Of a stretch of DNA of 64,000 nucleotides, positions 40,318 through 52,746 are shown in pieces (within the stretch, counting starts at the first letter, position 1; the number at the start of each line of letters is the position of its first letter). A model generated the notes under the pieces. It searched no databases, was not told the DNA's origin, and worked only from the letters and a program-made list of their open reading frames with translations. The DNA is from Trichoplax sp. H2. Its lineage: Eukaryota. Location of the stretch: positions 1-64,000 of the forward strand of contig NOWV01000275.1 in the NCBI GenBank assembly GCA_003344405.1, read 5' to 3'. Position numbers and translations under genes: made by a program.

Positions 40318-42756
40318 TTATTTTGGGATTTTATAAGATTTGCAATGAGAGGATTTGCCTTTAGCTCCGAAATCATCATTTTGCGATGGATAAGTATAAT
40401 GTAATGATGAATTACGCCGATGTAAAGCAGCACATAAATTACACCAATGGCGAGGAATAACCACTTCCCAATCATCTCGCCATCGCAAATAAGAGTTATA
40501 CAATGATTTATTATGCGCTACTTTGTGCATATAGTTTGCTAAAGCTTGTAGCGATGGAAATTGTCTAGCATCAATATAGGAATGAGGTGGAGCAATTTCT
40601 TTATAATTTCCGCCACCTAAGACAACTGGAATAACCCCATAGCGCAGTGGATACCAAAATTTTTCAGTAATATAATCCGTACATATGGAATTCTCAAATG
40701 CTAAATAGAATTTATATTGTATCATTTCATATTTCCAGCAATCATCATTGCGTGGATGCTGACATCGATGATGACCGCACCGACCATAAATATTCACTGG
40801 GATATATTTTGCTAATGCCTTGACATATTTTAAACGTTCGCTTAAGCAATTGCTAACCATCCATGCTACTAAATGCTTTTTACGGCCATGATAATCAATT
40901 GACCATAGATGAATCCATGATAATGTTGATTTAATGCGAGGAATAACGTATCCATAGCGAGCATCGATATCACTGTTCTTCCTATAAGTCATGGACCAGT
41001 TGAAATTGATTTGTTGGATCTGTTTTGGATGTTTATAAAAGTAGGTAGTAAACTGCGGCGATTCAATATTATAATAAACCCAAAGTTGTTGTGGACGACG
41101 ATCACTGGCATTGGGCATCGTTATTAAATTTATGGCTAAATCACGGTCATGAAAGACGACGGCATCGGATTTGTTGTATAAATTTTTATTAGTAGTTAAA
41201 TAGCAACGATACTGAGGGCAAAATTGCTTAAAATATTGCCAACCCATCGGTAATAAAGTTGTAAAATCATTTTCCATCTTCCAAGAGGATAAATAATATT
41301 GGGTCCAAAATAAAATAACCGAAGAGCCATTAAGTTCTTTTGCAGTTGGAATCTTTTCTTGATGTTGATGGACTGGAGGTCTGTGAGTATCATGAATTTT
41401 GGTAATTTTCTTGCCCTTGGGTTTGGCTTTAGTTATAGGAGCCTTGCTCGCTTTCCTACTTGATCCTTTTGTAGCTTTTTTATTCGTCACTATAACTGAA
41501 TTCGATGAACTTTTCTTTACTGATTTTGGTGAATTTTGACTTTTACTCTGGCTAGAGTTTGATATGGAAGATTGCATATCGGTGGATTGCTTTATTAAAT
41601 GATTATCGGACTTGGAGAAAGATTTTGTTTTACCATTTTCCTTTTCTGATGGTTGATGCACTGGACGAAGTTGTTCTTGTCTCGATGCTTGTATCTTCTT
41701 TTTGTCTATAAGATTTTTTGTGGGCTTCTTATGCAGTAGCGGTAGGCCTGTCGGTGGCTTTGGAGGTAATTGATGGTCGTTCTTTTTGCTTGCTATTTGG
41801 ATAGTTTTATTATGTTGCAAAACTTGATTCTTGCCTGTCGTTTTGATTGGATTAGATTGGGATATCGAATTGTTTGCAGACACGTTATAGACGGTTGGGC
41901 CAACTGATTTCGGAATTGGCTTTCTACGGGCTGTAACAGTTGTCGATGTTGATTTGAGAATGGCTGTAGATCGGTTTGATTCTGGGCTGCGATTTTCTTG
42001 AATTTTTTCCTTAACCACTTGTTTATCGTACTTGATCATGCCCTTTGTCGTGTTTTTATTCCTCTGAACCATTTTCAAGGGAGGTTTGGTAGTTGCTGTA
42101 GGCATATTTGAGCCCAGTTGGGTTTTATCTGTTACTTTAGATACTGAGAGAGTGACTGGGCTTAATTTCTTAGGAGTTCTTTTAGTGGTATTTTGAAGTA
42201 CTTTAGATGAAGAATTGGTCGTAATTTTTTTACGTCGACTAGGTTGAGTTATATCTATCACTTTAGTAGGAGAAATAATTGGATCTATCTTTTCAGTAAT
42301 ATGCTTGTGGGCATTTTGAACTCCATCGGATTTGGAGCTGACGGCAATCTTGCGTGAACTAGATTTTGCTTCTGGTATTTTTTTAGGCAACTGGAAAATG
42401 ATTGGACGAACATTCGGCTTCCTTTTCTTGCCATCTTTCCCTGGCACAGTTTGCCTTGTAGGTATCATCACTTTTGTAGGAAAGTTTGATTTCATTTTAT
42501 CATCAGGCAATTTGTGCTGCTCCTTGTTCTTACTTGTTTTATTTTTGCTCACTATTGGTAAATGAGACTTTAAAACAGGCGCTGATCGATCACTTTTGGC
42601 CGCATCCGTATCAAAGAGGGTAGAAGTAGTAGCTGAAAAGCCGATCAATTTAAAAGGACCTATCGATGTTCGTATATTTGAATAGCAAAAGAAATAGATA
42701 AGCGCCAAAATACAAACACCTGCCATCAGCAATCGACCCTGGCGAAAAGAAGCCAT
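40318..42756 (-). CDS. Alpha-1,3-fucosyltransferase (GT10), type II membrane protein with a ~450-aa S/T/K/P-rich stem; single coding exon, 812 aa
   Basis: GT10 signature YKFYLAFENSICTDYITEKFW...VIPVVLGG...PPHSYIDARQFPS...LANYM; N-lobe motifs ILFW, SDAVVFH, ESP, FNWSMTYR; N-terminal TM LLMAGVCILALIYFFCY; splice acceptor 3 nt before the ATG. Confidence 0.97.
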   Translation of the reverse strand: MASFRQGRLLMAGVCILALIYFFCYSNIRTSIGPFKLIGFSATTSTLFDTDAAKSDRSAPVLKSHLPIVSKNKTSKNKEQHKLPDDKMKSNFPTKVMIPTRQTVPGKDGKKRKPNVRPIIFQLPKKIPEAKSSSRKIAVSSKSDGVQNAHKHITEKIDPIISPTKVIDITQPSRRKKITTNSSSKVLQNTTKRTPKKLSPVTLSVSKVTDKTQLGSNMPTATTKPPLKMVQRNKNTTKGMIKYDKQVVKEKIQENRSPESNRSTAILKSTSTTVTARRKPIPKSVGPTVYNVSANNSISQSNPIKTTGKNQVLQHNKTIQIASKKNDHQLPPKPPTGLPLLHKKPTKNLIDKKKIQASRQEQLRPVHQPSEKENGKTKSFSKSDNHLIKQSTDMQSSISNSSQSKSQNSPKSVKKSSSNSVIVTNKKATKGSSRKASKAPITKAKPKGKKITKIHDTHRPPVHQHQEKIPTAKELNGSSVILFWTQYYLSSWKMENDFTTLLPMGWQYFKQFCPQYRCYLTTNKNLYNKSDAVVFHDRDLAINLITMPNASDRRPQQLWVYYNIESPQFTTYFYKHPKQIQQINFNWSMTYRKNSDIDARYGYVIPRIKSTLSWIHLWSIDYHGRKKHLVAWMVSNCLSERLKYVKALAKYIPVNIYGRCGHHRCQHPRNDDCWKYEMIQYKFYLAFENSICTDYITEKFWYPLRYGVIPVVLGGGNYKEIAPPHSYIDARQFPSLQALANYMHKVAHNKSLYNSYLRWRDDWEVVIPRHWCNLCAALHRRNSSLHYTYPSQNDDFGAKGKSSHCKSYKIPK

Positions 42757-45700
42757 ATCCTAGATGTAAATATTTGGATTCAAATGAGTGAAACGATCAG
42801 GAATATTAGCCAAGAATGTTATTGTCACGGTATGAACCACCGTGAAGAGTAAATGACTGAATTTAGTGTTAAGCATTTATCCATGGAGATAACTAATAAT
42901 GGCTTCAGTAAGAACTACGGTAGTTATGATTTTGTTGCAGTAAATTATGCTGTATTGTAGTAAGAGTTCTCATAAGGTAACTAATATTAATTGATTATAG
43001 TGTTGTGTCTAGTAACGCTTGTGATGAATATCCTGAAGATATTCAATTATAAAAGATGCTATAAATAATTGTGTGTGGTGGACATACTGTAGTCTAATTA
43101 TCTAGAATCGTTCAGGAAAAGTCCAAAATTATGAATATGTCTGCATTAATTCAGCTATCCGATATGAGCTCAATTTCATGATCTGTTATGACTCATATAT
43201 GATAGCTGCTGCCGAAAGGTATTTAAGCTCGGCAGATAGTTGAACAAACGAAGAGTTTTAGAGTTATTTTAACGTAGAAGCAAAGGCGTTTAAATTCTTG
43301 TCAGGTAGTTAAGGGATACTGAATCGCGGAGATTATAGTCATTTAGAGATTTGTTGTACGTTATATTTATCACGAAGCTGGTTTGTGACAGTTATCTACT
43401 ATTTCAATGATTGATTCTAAATTTTTGATGCAATTATTATTGACGATAATGCTTGTCCCACTAGCATTCGACTGCATGAAAATGGATTGAAATCAACACA
43501 CATATTCATTTAGTCCAATCAAGAAGATTTTATTTTATATTCCAATTTGGGATGGATTATCAGGATCTACTTTGGCTAGAACTGTATCGCTAAATATAGA
43601 TATGTATCACGATTAACTTGTCAAATTCGTTATTTTGTCGACCTTAACTCCTGCAAGATTAATTCATTGCCATTCATCACTATGCGGACAATCATCGAGA
43701 GATAGTTCAACTTATGACTGTCCACAGAAAGAAATATCACTGTCTATTTTATAGAGAGATTTTAACGGGCTTATAATTACAGGGTTAACCACAACAACAA
43801 AAAATTGGGAAATAAGCGTAAAATAGGAATTCTTAATAGTCAGTAAGAAAAGGAGATGGTCAGAATGGAGAAACGTATTATCGGTGAGTGTTAAGGAGGA
43901 CAAGCCTGACTGCAGACTTGCAGTTTAGTTTTCAATGGTAATTCATTTTTCTTACATGACTAATTTAGATTTACTTTGCTTGCTTGCTTGCTATTTGCAG
44001 GTGGTCTGGAATTAAATTAATTTAACCCACGCCATAGTGAAAATCATGTACTATAGTAACCTACAATTAAATAATGAAGCTTGCTATCATTTAGAACTAA
44101 TCTTGAACTTCTTTGGAGATCATAGTTACGGGAACACACGGGATCGCCAGTCAGGAATATTTAAATGACAGTAAATGTTTGCCTAGATAAAATATCAGTT
44201 TTCTTGTAATACAATTTATAAGTTCATCGTGATCCATGATCTTGAACTTCTTTGGGAGATCTTAATACATATTCAGTAATTTGAAGAAATGGACTAGTGT
44301 TTAAGTAATAAGGTCCTGATGGCGACATTTTATATGAGTAGGCATCATCTGACTGAATGACTAGTTCTAACCTGTTTTAAATGTTAAAGTAATTTTAAAC
44401 GAATAAAAGAGCGATGTTGATGCAATAGCAAAGTGTGGATTAAAGTACCCAAAAGTGGTAGTCATTTTTTGAGATCCTCGAGTCAGTTTAACTTTCATGT
44501 TACAAATTTTGATTGGTAACAACATTGCATTCTGATTTTAGACCAGGTACAGTTAATAACTGCTTAGAATGCAAATATACATAGACATAAGTCTAGAATA
44601 TGTCTATATGATTTCTCGTATTGACCATCAATACTAGCTAGCTTATAGAAGCAAAACTATGCTGGCATTCAATTCAATCATATAGTAGGGGAAAAAATTG
44701 TAGCTTGCTGTTTGCTGTCTATTCTAACCTAGCGCTAACTGACAGATCGATCATCCAGAACGATTGATGAATCACAACAAAATTAATCATCTCTATATCA
44801 TCTCGATAAAATCAATAAACTCAATCTGCTATCGGATTATGATGGAGTAAAGTCATCAAGTGTCATCGTCATATTCCAAAGAATCCGTAATTTAGGTTAT
44901 TTTATGTCATCACGTTATAATAAATCCACAATAACAGTTAGCATATGTCACTAATAAATTAATAAACCAACTGAAAAGGAAAGAAATGAAATAAAAGTAT
45001 TTCTAAAGGAGAATAAACTCTTACCACACACAACCTTCTTAGTTAACTGGCTTAATATTCGATAGTCGGATTCATTGCCTATGATGACGAAAAATGACAT
45101 GAAATCTTGAGTTCGAAAAATAGCCTCTATTAAGATTAGAATTGAATTGCCTAACAATATTCTAAGGTGGCATAACTAACATTTTTACTTTGTATTAATT
45201 ATCAATTCGGCAATGCAGTCATTGCCGAGTTACTTTGAAAGTTTAAAAGTTGATGGATTCAATTTCAGTAAAGAAGCCTAACTACAGGTGATTGATGGAT
45301 TTTATAGTCCAAACAGTATCATCAAAGATGAAGGTAAATGCCCTCTTCCTACACCAGTCTTTATGAATTAACAAGTCAAGCCTTTCCCTAGGTCAAAGAC
45401 AATTTACGCTAGCCAGTATAAGCTAAGTAAGTCATGAATAACATGGAGAAAAGAAAAATTAGTTTATTGAAGGAAGTAGATAAAATCATATAGAAAGAGA
45501 CCTTAACAAGTTACGAGACGGATTGGTAGACATCCATAGCTTGAAAATTGCATTTCTTCTTTCAAATGGATAAATTTTTTTATATTTTCAAGGGCCAATT
45601 CCCTTTAGGCACGTTCGGAGGATCACATATAGAAATACGATGCGTAGGCCAAAACATTCAAAGCGATAAAATAGGATAAACAGTAGTCAAACAATTACCA

Positions 45701-47399
45701 TACATTACATTGGCAGTAAGAATTTTCTTATATTGTGTTAAAACAGATACCAGCTGTTACAAATTACTCCCATGTATTGATGTGGTTCAAAAAGAGATGG
45801 TATTCAGTTCATTGGCGTAGAAATGCCTTCCCTATTCAAATTCCTACCTTGTCATTTTATGTGTGTTTACAGAATACATAGACGGTCGATGGCGTCCATA
45901 CTAGAATTCAACTTGGCAAGGATTGGGTGGCCTTTGGATTAGAGAGAAAAGAAAAATGAGATGTCTCGTTGATTCATAGGGAAGGAAATAAAGCAGAGTC
46001 CTTTCTAGTTTTTAGTATGTAACTATTCTTACTTTACTATAGAAAATACTTTGGCAGTGATAATATCTTTAAGTTACCCCCGCTATGTCGCCATCTTTTC
46101 TTCTATACTGTACTATTTTATAAGGTATGGTATCGATTACTGTAAAAATAACCTAAGAGCAATCGCCTCATTGAATGAAATGGCGTTTGAAAGTCTATTG
46201 GGATTGTAAATGAATTGGACTTAGTAACTGTCGTGACATCGCTTTTCCTGTAAACTACTGCTAGTTACCTTAAAGTGTAAGCGCCATACAACGTGGGGAA
46301 TCCTAGATATCATGCAATATTATTTACGGCTTCTCCACACCTTATTTACTGTACTAGATTAAGATCACATGCAACAAATGTTTACGTACATTAGGATATG
46401 CTATTAAAGTGATGTTGGCACTAGAGCTGATTTGTTGTCGCAGTTCTTATGTCTCGTTAACGTGTGTCTGATATCGCGCTTGGCTTCCAAATAAAGTAGA
46501 CTAAAGGGAAGGAATGCTCAAAATCTCAGATTCTTGATCTTGTTACAGTAACAAAGCATGAAGGAAGAGAAATGGCTAACAATTAAATCTTCTTCCGGTA
46601 TAATTCGCTTAAGTGATGGCTATGTAGAATATCGGGTTCAATTGCCGTCAATTCGATTAAATTAGCAACTTTTTGTTTGTTGAACGTAGGGATTGGATCA
46701 CTTTGATATACAATTACTCAGAATGAGAGATCATCGTATCATGTTCTTCTGCGATGGCTTTCTGAAATACCTGCGGAATGATTAATTCAATGCACTGGAA
46801 AATTTTCTAGTTATAACTATCAGTATTGCATGAAAGGTGAAGAGCTAATAATAATTCTCATTATCAGAGAAGATAACTGCTGGCATGCTATTACTTATTT
46901 ACTTTTTTTAATTCAACATTTCTAAATTGATCACTAAAAGCAATGTTATCCTTCTATCGAAATCAACAAGCGATGACTAGACTGTTCTAGCGGCTATACG
47001 GTTGATCAGACTACAAGTTTTTTGATACTAGTGTTCACGAATTGCATCACTTAATCAAGGTCTTCACTTTAGTTTTAAAGTTTCATTGCGAATAGGCTAC
47101 AACTATTTGCATTTGAAATGGAGCGCACAAATTGCGATTGTTTTTGCATTTTTGCACAGCTTTGGAGCAATTTATAGGATATGCAGAGAACTACAATCAT
47201 CAGCAAGAGTCATTATCGATCGATCTCGTAAGCAAACAGTCATCAGTACAGGTTAGAAAGGCAAGGGAATCAACAGTCTGATATCCATTTTATAAAACCG
47301 CAGCAGTAGAGTAGAAAAAGATGGATATCAATAAAAAGAAAGTTGGAAGTTTATTCCTTCTTTGTCAAAAAGACGTCAATAACAGTTTCAACAGAGACA

Positions 47400-48310
47400 A
47401 GAAAGATTTGGATGAGCGTAATTGCTCATCAAACCTGTACAAATTTTAAAGTGAAATCATTTCAATAAACTTGGGTTCTACTAACAAAGTATGTTGTCAA
47501 CATCAAAAACATGAGGATAGATCAGTTAGAATACATTAATCATTTTAAAGCTTGTGTTGGTGTTATATATACAGTACGACATCATTCATGATGCATTGAT
47601 TGACAGTTCAATTTAACTGCTATAGCAAATGCAAGGTATCTAAAATTTCAACAAGTATTGCAAAACTACCAGTGCCTTCGTGGCGCTTTTTTAAATAAAC
47701 TTGAGTCCTTCTAGCATGCATGATGTCAACATCAAAAACCTGAGGATAGATCGGTTAGAATACCACCATGGAAAACTTATGTTGGCGTAGTTTACAATAG
47801 GATATCATTGATGATGTATTGATTTACAGTTCGAGCAAAGTAGATTGTCCAAAATTTTAACAAGTATCGCAAAGCTACCCGGGCTTCTGTGGCACTTTTT
47901 AAATAAACTTTGGTCCTTCTAGAATATGGGATGGAAACATTAAAAACATGACAGTTAGAATACATTCATTGAAAGCTTGTATTGGAGAGGTTTACAATTC
48001 GACATCCTCCATGATGCGTTGGTTTACAGCTCAATCCAACTAGGATAGCAAAAGCAAGTTGTCTAAAGTTGCAACAAGTATGGCAAAGCTACCAGCGCTT
48101 CCGTGGTGCTTTTTCAATCAGTTTAGGTTCTTCTAGCATGCATGGTGTAAGCATTCCAAACATGAGAATAGAAAGGTACATTCACTGAAAGCTTATGTCG
48201 AGGTAGTTTACAATGCGATATCACAAATGATGTGTTGATTTCTAGTTCAATCCAAGTATTACAGCAAAAGCAAATTGTTCAAAGTTTCAACAAGTATCAC
48301 AAAGCTACAA
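47400..48310. repeat. Tandem repeat, ~210-230 bp x 4, downstream of the second fucosyltransferase
   Basis: aataaactt.. at 47464, 47694 and 47902 (degenerate at ~48116); aacaagtat.gcaaa.ctacc at ~47650, 47859, 48073 and 48289. Confidence 0.9.
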
Positions 48311-48412
48311 GCAACTCCATGATGGTGTTTATGCAATCCATAAATATAGCCAACGACAAAATTATGACAATCCAACTCCAAGCAGTCTTAGTGTTATTAC
48401 CATAGAAATAAT

Positions 48413-51381
48413 TTAATCCTTTTTAGGCAGATACTCATAAGGATCTGGATAAGGTTGGCATTGGCGATTTAGACCATCCCAATCGCGACTTAATGTGGTA
48501 TAAACTTTAGGCGGCCGATTAGGATCATGCAGTGCATTACATAAATTACACCAATGTCTTGGTACAACAATCTTCCAGTTTAATTTCCATTTCATGTAGG
48601 AGTTGTAAAGACTTTTATCACGGCTAACTTTATGCAAATATTCAGCTAAATCCTTGACCGAAGGGAAATCACGAGCATCAATATACGATTTGGGTGGTGC
48701 AATTTTGCGATAATCTGCGCCTCCCAAGACAACCGGGACAACCCCATAAAGTAATGGATTCCATAACTTTTCCGTCACATATTCGGCACATACGGAATTT
48801 TCAAAGGACAAATAAAACATGGATCGACTAAATACTGTCTTCCAACAATGCCTATTCGTTCCAATGCATGTCTTATTGCCACAAATACCATAAATATCGA
48901 TGGAAATATATTTCGATAAAGCTTGAACATATTTCATTCTGGCATTAAGACAGTGACTTACTGCCCAAGTAACAAGTACATCTTTTCTACCATGATAATC
49001 GGGTAGGGTTGCGCGTGGAATTGGCCGCTGAACAGCGTGGCCATATTGAATATCAATATCGGCATTATGATGGTAGGTCATAGACCAGTTAAACATGCCT
49101 GCATTGATGAAAAATGGCTTATAACCTCGAGCATAGTAGGGCGATTCAAAATTGTAATACACCCAACGTTGCCATGGCCGACGATCTTTAAAATAGGGCA
49201 TATGAGCAATATGATCAGGCAAATCGCGATCGTTGAAGACGATAGCATGCGATTTTTTATAGGCCGATCGATTAATGGTTAAGAAGCAATTTTTAATCTT
49301 GCAATATCGATTAAAATAAGTCCTCCCTAAGGGTAACTCGACAGTAAAATCCATATCGATTTTCCAGCTTCTTTCATAATATTTTGTCCATAATAAAATG
49401 ACTTTCATTTCGGAATTATTTTTCGATTGCGTTTGGCCAATACTGTTGGTTTTCCGATGGATTGGTATCCTTTCATCATCTCCGACGTAGCTTTTGGCCT
49501 TATTTAATTGTTGTTCAATTAAATGTTGTTCAGCTTGAAGTTGCTTAATTTCCTCTTCATCTTTTGTAAATGAATTGGAATCGAATTTACTTTTAGATGG
49601 TCCGCTTTCATCGTCCTGGGAATGATCGTTCTTGCGTTGGATAGCTTGATTCTGATTGCTGTTCACGACGGCTTCTTCATTTCCATCATGGTTTGGCTCA
49701 TTGCGGTTCTTCGCTTCCATCCTTTCTTGATCCTGATTCTGCCTTGAATATTTATTTTGCGCTCTATTCTTTTGTAATACTCGAGCACTTCTTAGAGGAT
49801 GGGATTGTCGATGTCCACGACGACGACGACGACGATATTTCTTCACCCTTCCTTGCCGAGATTGATCTGATAATGGATGGACATTTTCACCGCCAACACC
49901 ATCTTGATTCTCCTTCATATCTTGTTTAGGAATGGATAACCGTTTGCTATTGTGATTCTTCTCAGAACTATCTTTCTTTTTCTTCATACTTTGCCTATCC
50001 TTCATGTCCCTTACTCCTTTTCCATGGGGTTGCTTTTCATTTTTTGGGTCATCTCTACCTTCCATATTACTACCCTCTTGTCCGATATTGGCATCATCTT
50101 GCATATGGACTGGCTGTATTTCCTCATCCGATTCTATCTTATTTTGCTCATCATTGTGCTGATTGTCAATACTTTGTTTCTTTTTCTTATGGTTAGGCTC
50201 CTTGAAATCTTTCTTATAGCCTTTAAATTGGTGTTTTAAATGCTCTTGTAAGAATGGATCTTCGATATCTTCTATTTTATCCCTAGGATCTTCGGCTATA
50301 TCTTTGCCATTCTGGTTATTGATTTTCTCTCCTTCATGTTGAGAAGATTGGCCATTTGGACTGTCTTGATTTTTATTTGCTTGAAGAGGATGATGATTTC
50401 CATTCTTTCCAGCAGTTTTTTTATGTATTTGTTGTTGTATCTTGATGATTGGATTACTATCCAATCCAAGGCCTTCGTTCAGTGGATCGAATGGATTAAT
50501 TTCAACAGGAGCATTTTGATTATTTTTAGCTTGAACGCCTTGACGTTGCTGACCAGAAAATGGTTCGTCTTCATCCGCATGCTTACCACCACGTTGAAAT
50601 CGCCTTTTCTTTTTGGAAGGGGCTCTGAATAGGTGTGGTGGTTTGATGGCAGCTTCCTCTCCTTCCTCATGTTGAAAGGGATTCATTTGAATCCCAATTT
50701 CGTCCTCATCATCATGCTTCATACCATGGCCTCGTTTTTCTATTAAAGGATCGTCTTCGTTGTTATGCCTAGGAATATCAAATTAAGCCTTTGATTTACT
50801 GTATCCTTTTCTTACCTATGAAAATGATGATTCAAATTTGTTGCTTACCTTCGCTGCTTCTCCTGCTTATTCCCACCGCGATGCAATGAGCGGAGTGGAT
50901 CATCTCCTGCTGGCATTTGTTGTATATCAATATTTTCATCGTTGTTCAATCCATCAAGATTGTCGTCTTCGCTTTCTCTGCCTATTGCATCCATTTTTTG
51001 AAGACGTGTAAGAAACTTTTTCTTCTTCCTTTTATTGCGTTGAAGTCCAGCATGAGGAATAACTAATGCATGATTTCGTTCTTGGTTTTGGCTGTCCAAA
51101 TCGTCGTTGTTGCGCTTAATTTTGTCTGAATTTCTTTTTTTGCTGTCTGCATGAATCTTAATATTAACAACTGGTTCATCAGGATCTTCTTCTAGGTTTA
51201 AATTGGGCATTTCATCATCTTTAGCCTGGATATTGATCGCTTTCTTTGCAGCATCGTTGGCTTTAATCGACTGCTTATTATGGCTACCGAAGATAGCAAC
51301 GTTAAAGGAAACAACGATGATAGTAAAAAGGACACTAATAGCAATGATCCGCTTGAGCCGAAAGCCTCCTGGTATCCGCAT
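48413..51381 (-). CDS. Alpha-1,3-fucosyltransferase (GT10) paralog, ~962 aa, two coding exons, ~600-aa charged low-complexity stem
   Basis: Exon 51381..50849 (TM IIAISVLFTIIVVSFNVAIF; donor GTAAGC), 80-nt phase-2 intron 50848..50769, and exon 50768..48413 in frame with the 769-aa ORF. GT10 signature MFYLSFENSVCAEYVTEKLW...VVPVVLGG...PPKSYIDARDFPS. Confidence 0.96.
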
Positions 51382-51589
51382 GATGGCAGCTAGCGCCTAA
51401 ATACGTCTATTAGAGATAGAATTGAATGAGTGAAGAAAGTACATTTGATAGTTTAGTACGTGTATCTTATTCGATCAAGAGTCGATTAGTGAGGTAGGCT
51501 ACATTCTCAGTCATGATTTTAAGTCTAATCTTATTTTACAAGCTATGATACGAATAGCATGATTAACGTTCAAGTGGGCTAAAACACGA

Positions 51590-51900
51590 TGGTCATTCCT
51601 GGCTATGAGCTAATTTCAAAATTTGCCTCCAATTTAAGATCAAACTATGCCCTTACTTCTTTCCTGACTCTAAACCAAGTCCAAAACTTATCTGGAATTT
51701 AAGATCAGACGATACCCTTGACTGCTTTCCTAACTCTAAACCAAATCCAAAACTGGCGTCTAATTTTAGATCTAAATCATACCTGCAGCTGCTTTCTTGA
51801 CTGTAAACCAGACTATACGGACTATACGGATTCAATCCTATCTTACTTCTTTCCTGACTATAAACTAATCTTAAAACTTGGACATTGCAGAATTTTACGA
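51590..51900. repeat. Diverged minisatellite, ~63 bp x 5
   Basis: ttcctgact.taaac-like at ~51596, 51661, 51727, 51794 and 51851, with aatttaagatc motifs. Confidence 0.7.
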
Positions 51901-52433
51901 TTGAATCATGCGATAGGGGTAAGGCCAAAATGTCCTCAACGTTGTGCTTTCGTTACTATAAACTAATTGCAGAATGATTGTCTAACCTTAGGATCAATTT
52001 ATGCGATACAAATAAGGCTAATATCGAGCTAAAAACATCAGAACGAATTGCTTTCGTCATTACAAGCTCATTTCTGTATAAGAGTCTAACATTAAGATCA
52101 AATCATGCGATAGAAGGCTAATGGCGCCAAAAGATCATCAACGATCTGTTTTCGCCATTACTAGAGGAATCTAACTTTAGGATCCAATCGAAAAACTTTA
52201 GCCAATCAAGTCTGCCCAAAATGATACCTTGTAACTTACAACTCCACTACGATCGCTATATTATCATTTGTAAAACTCTGTTATCCATTAGGAGCAAATC
52301 ATTGGATATAACTAAGGTCATTTTCGATAAAATAACTTAGACTTGCTACTCTCTTGTCGTCTATGGAAATGGATGCTTATTTTAGCCTTTAAAACAGGCA
52401 AGTCAGCAATTCTCCTGCAGTCGCTGACTAGAA

Positions 52434-52746
52434 AAGCAAGTTATGAAGTAGTCGAATGGAGGCAAAATAGCATCGAACAAGCTCATCGACGATCTAATTT
52501 CAACGTGTGTGTTTAGCATGAAGAGCAAAGCAAAGGATACTGCTAAAGCAAATTGTCAAGAATGAATTGTTGACCCAAGGTGACTATGATTTTAGCCATT
52601 CTCCAACAGTCTCTGTCTAGAGGAGCAAGTTATTAGATAGCCGAATGGAGGCAAAATACCATCCAACATGCTCATCGGCGATCTAATTTCAACGTGTGTG
52701 ATTATCGTGAAGAGCAAAGCAAATTGTCAAGAAAGAATTGTTGATT
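52434..52746. repeat. Tandem duplication, ~189-bp period
   Basis: agcaagttat...cgaatggaggcaaaata...gatctaatttcaacgtgtgtg...gcaaattgtcaagaa.gaattgttga at ~52435 and ~52624. Confidence 0.88.

Noticed and set aside
45207..45228. Perfect 9-bp stem tcggcaatg-cagt-cattgccga
   Set aside because: An isolated short palindrome; bacterial terminator logic does not apply here and there is no supporting context.
46615..46650. tRNA B-box-like GGTTCAATTGCC
   Set aside because: No cloverleaf or convincing A-box could be formed around it.
50769..50848. Internal tttcatag|gtaaga (recursive splice site-like) within the 80-nt fucosyltransferase intron
   Set aside because: It would split the intron into pieces of roughly 30 and 50 nt, probably too short to splice; likely chance.
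49037..51400. Several plus-strand hydrophobic ORFs of 63-98 aa
   Set aside because: Antisense to the purine-rich fucosyltransferase coding strand; a compositional artefact.
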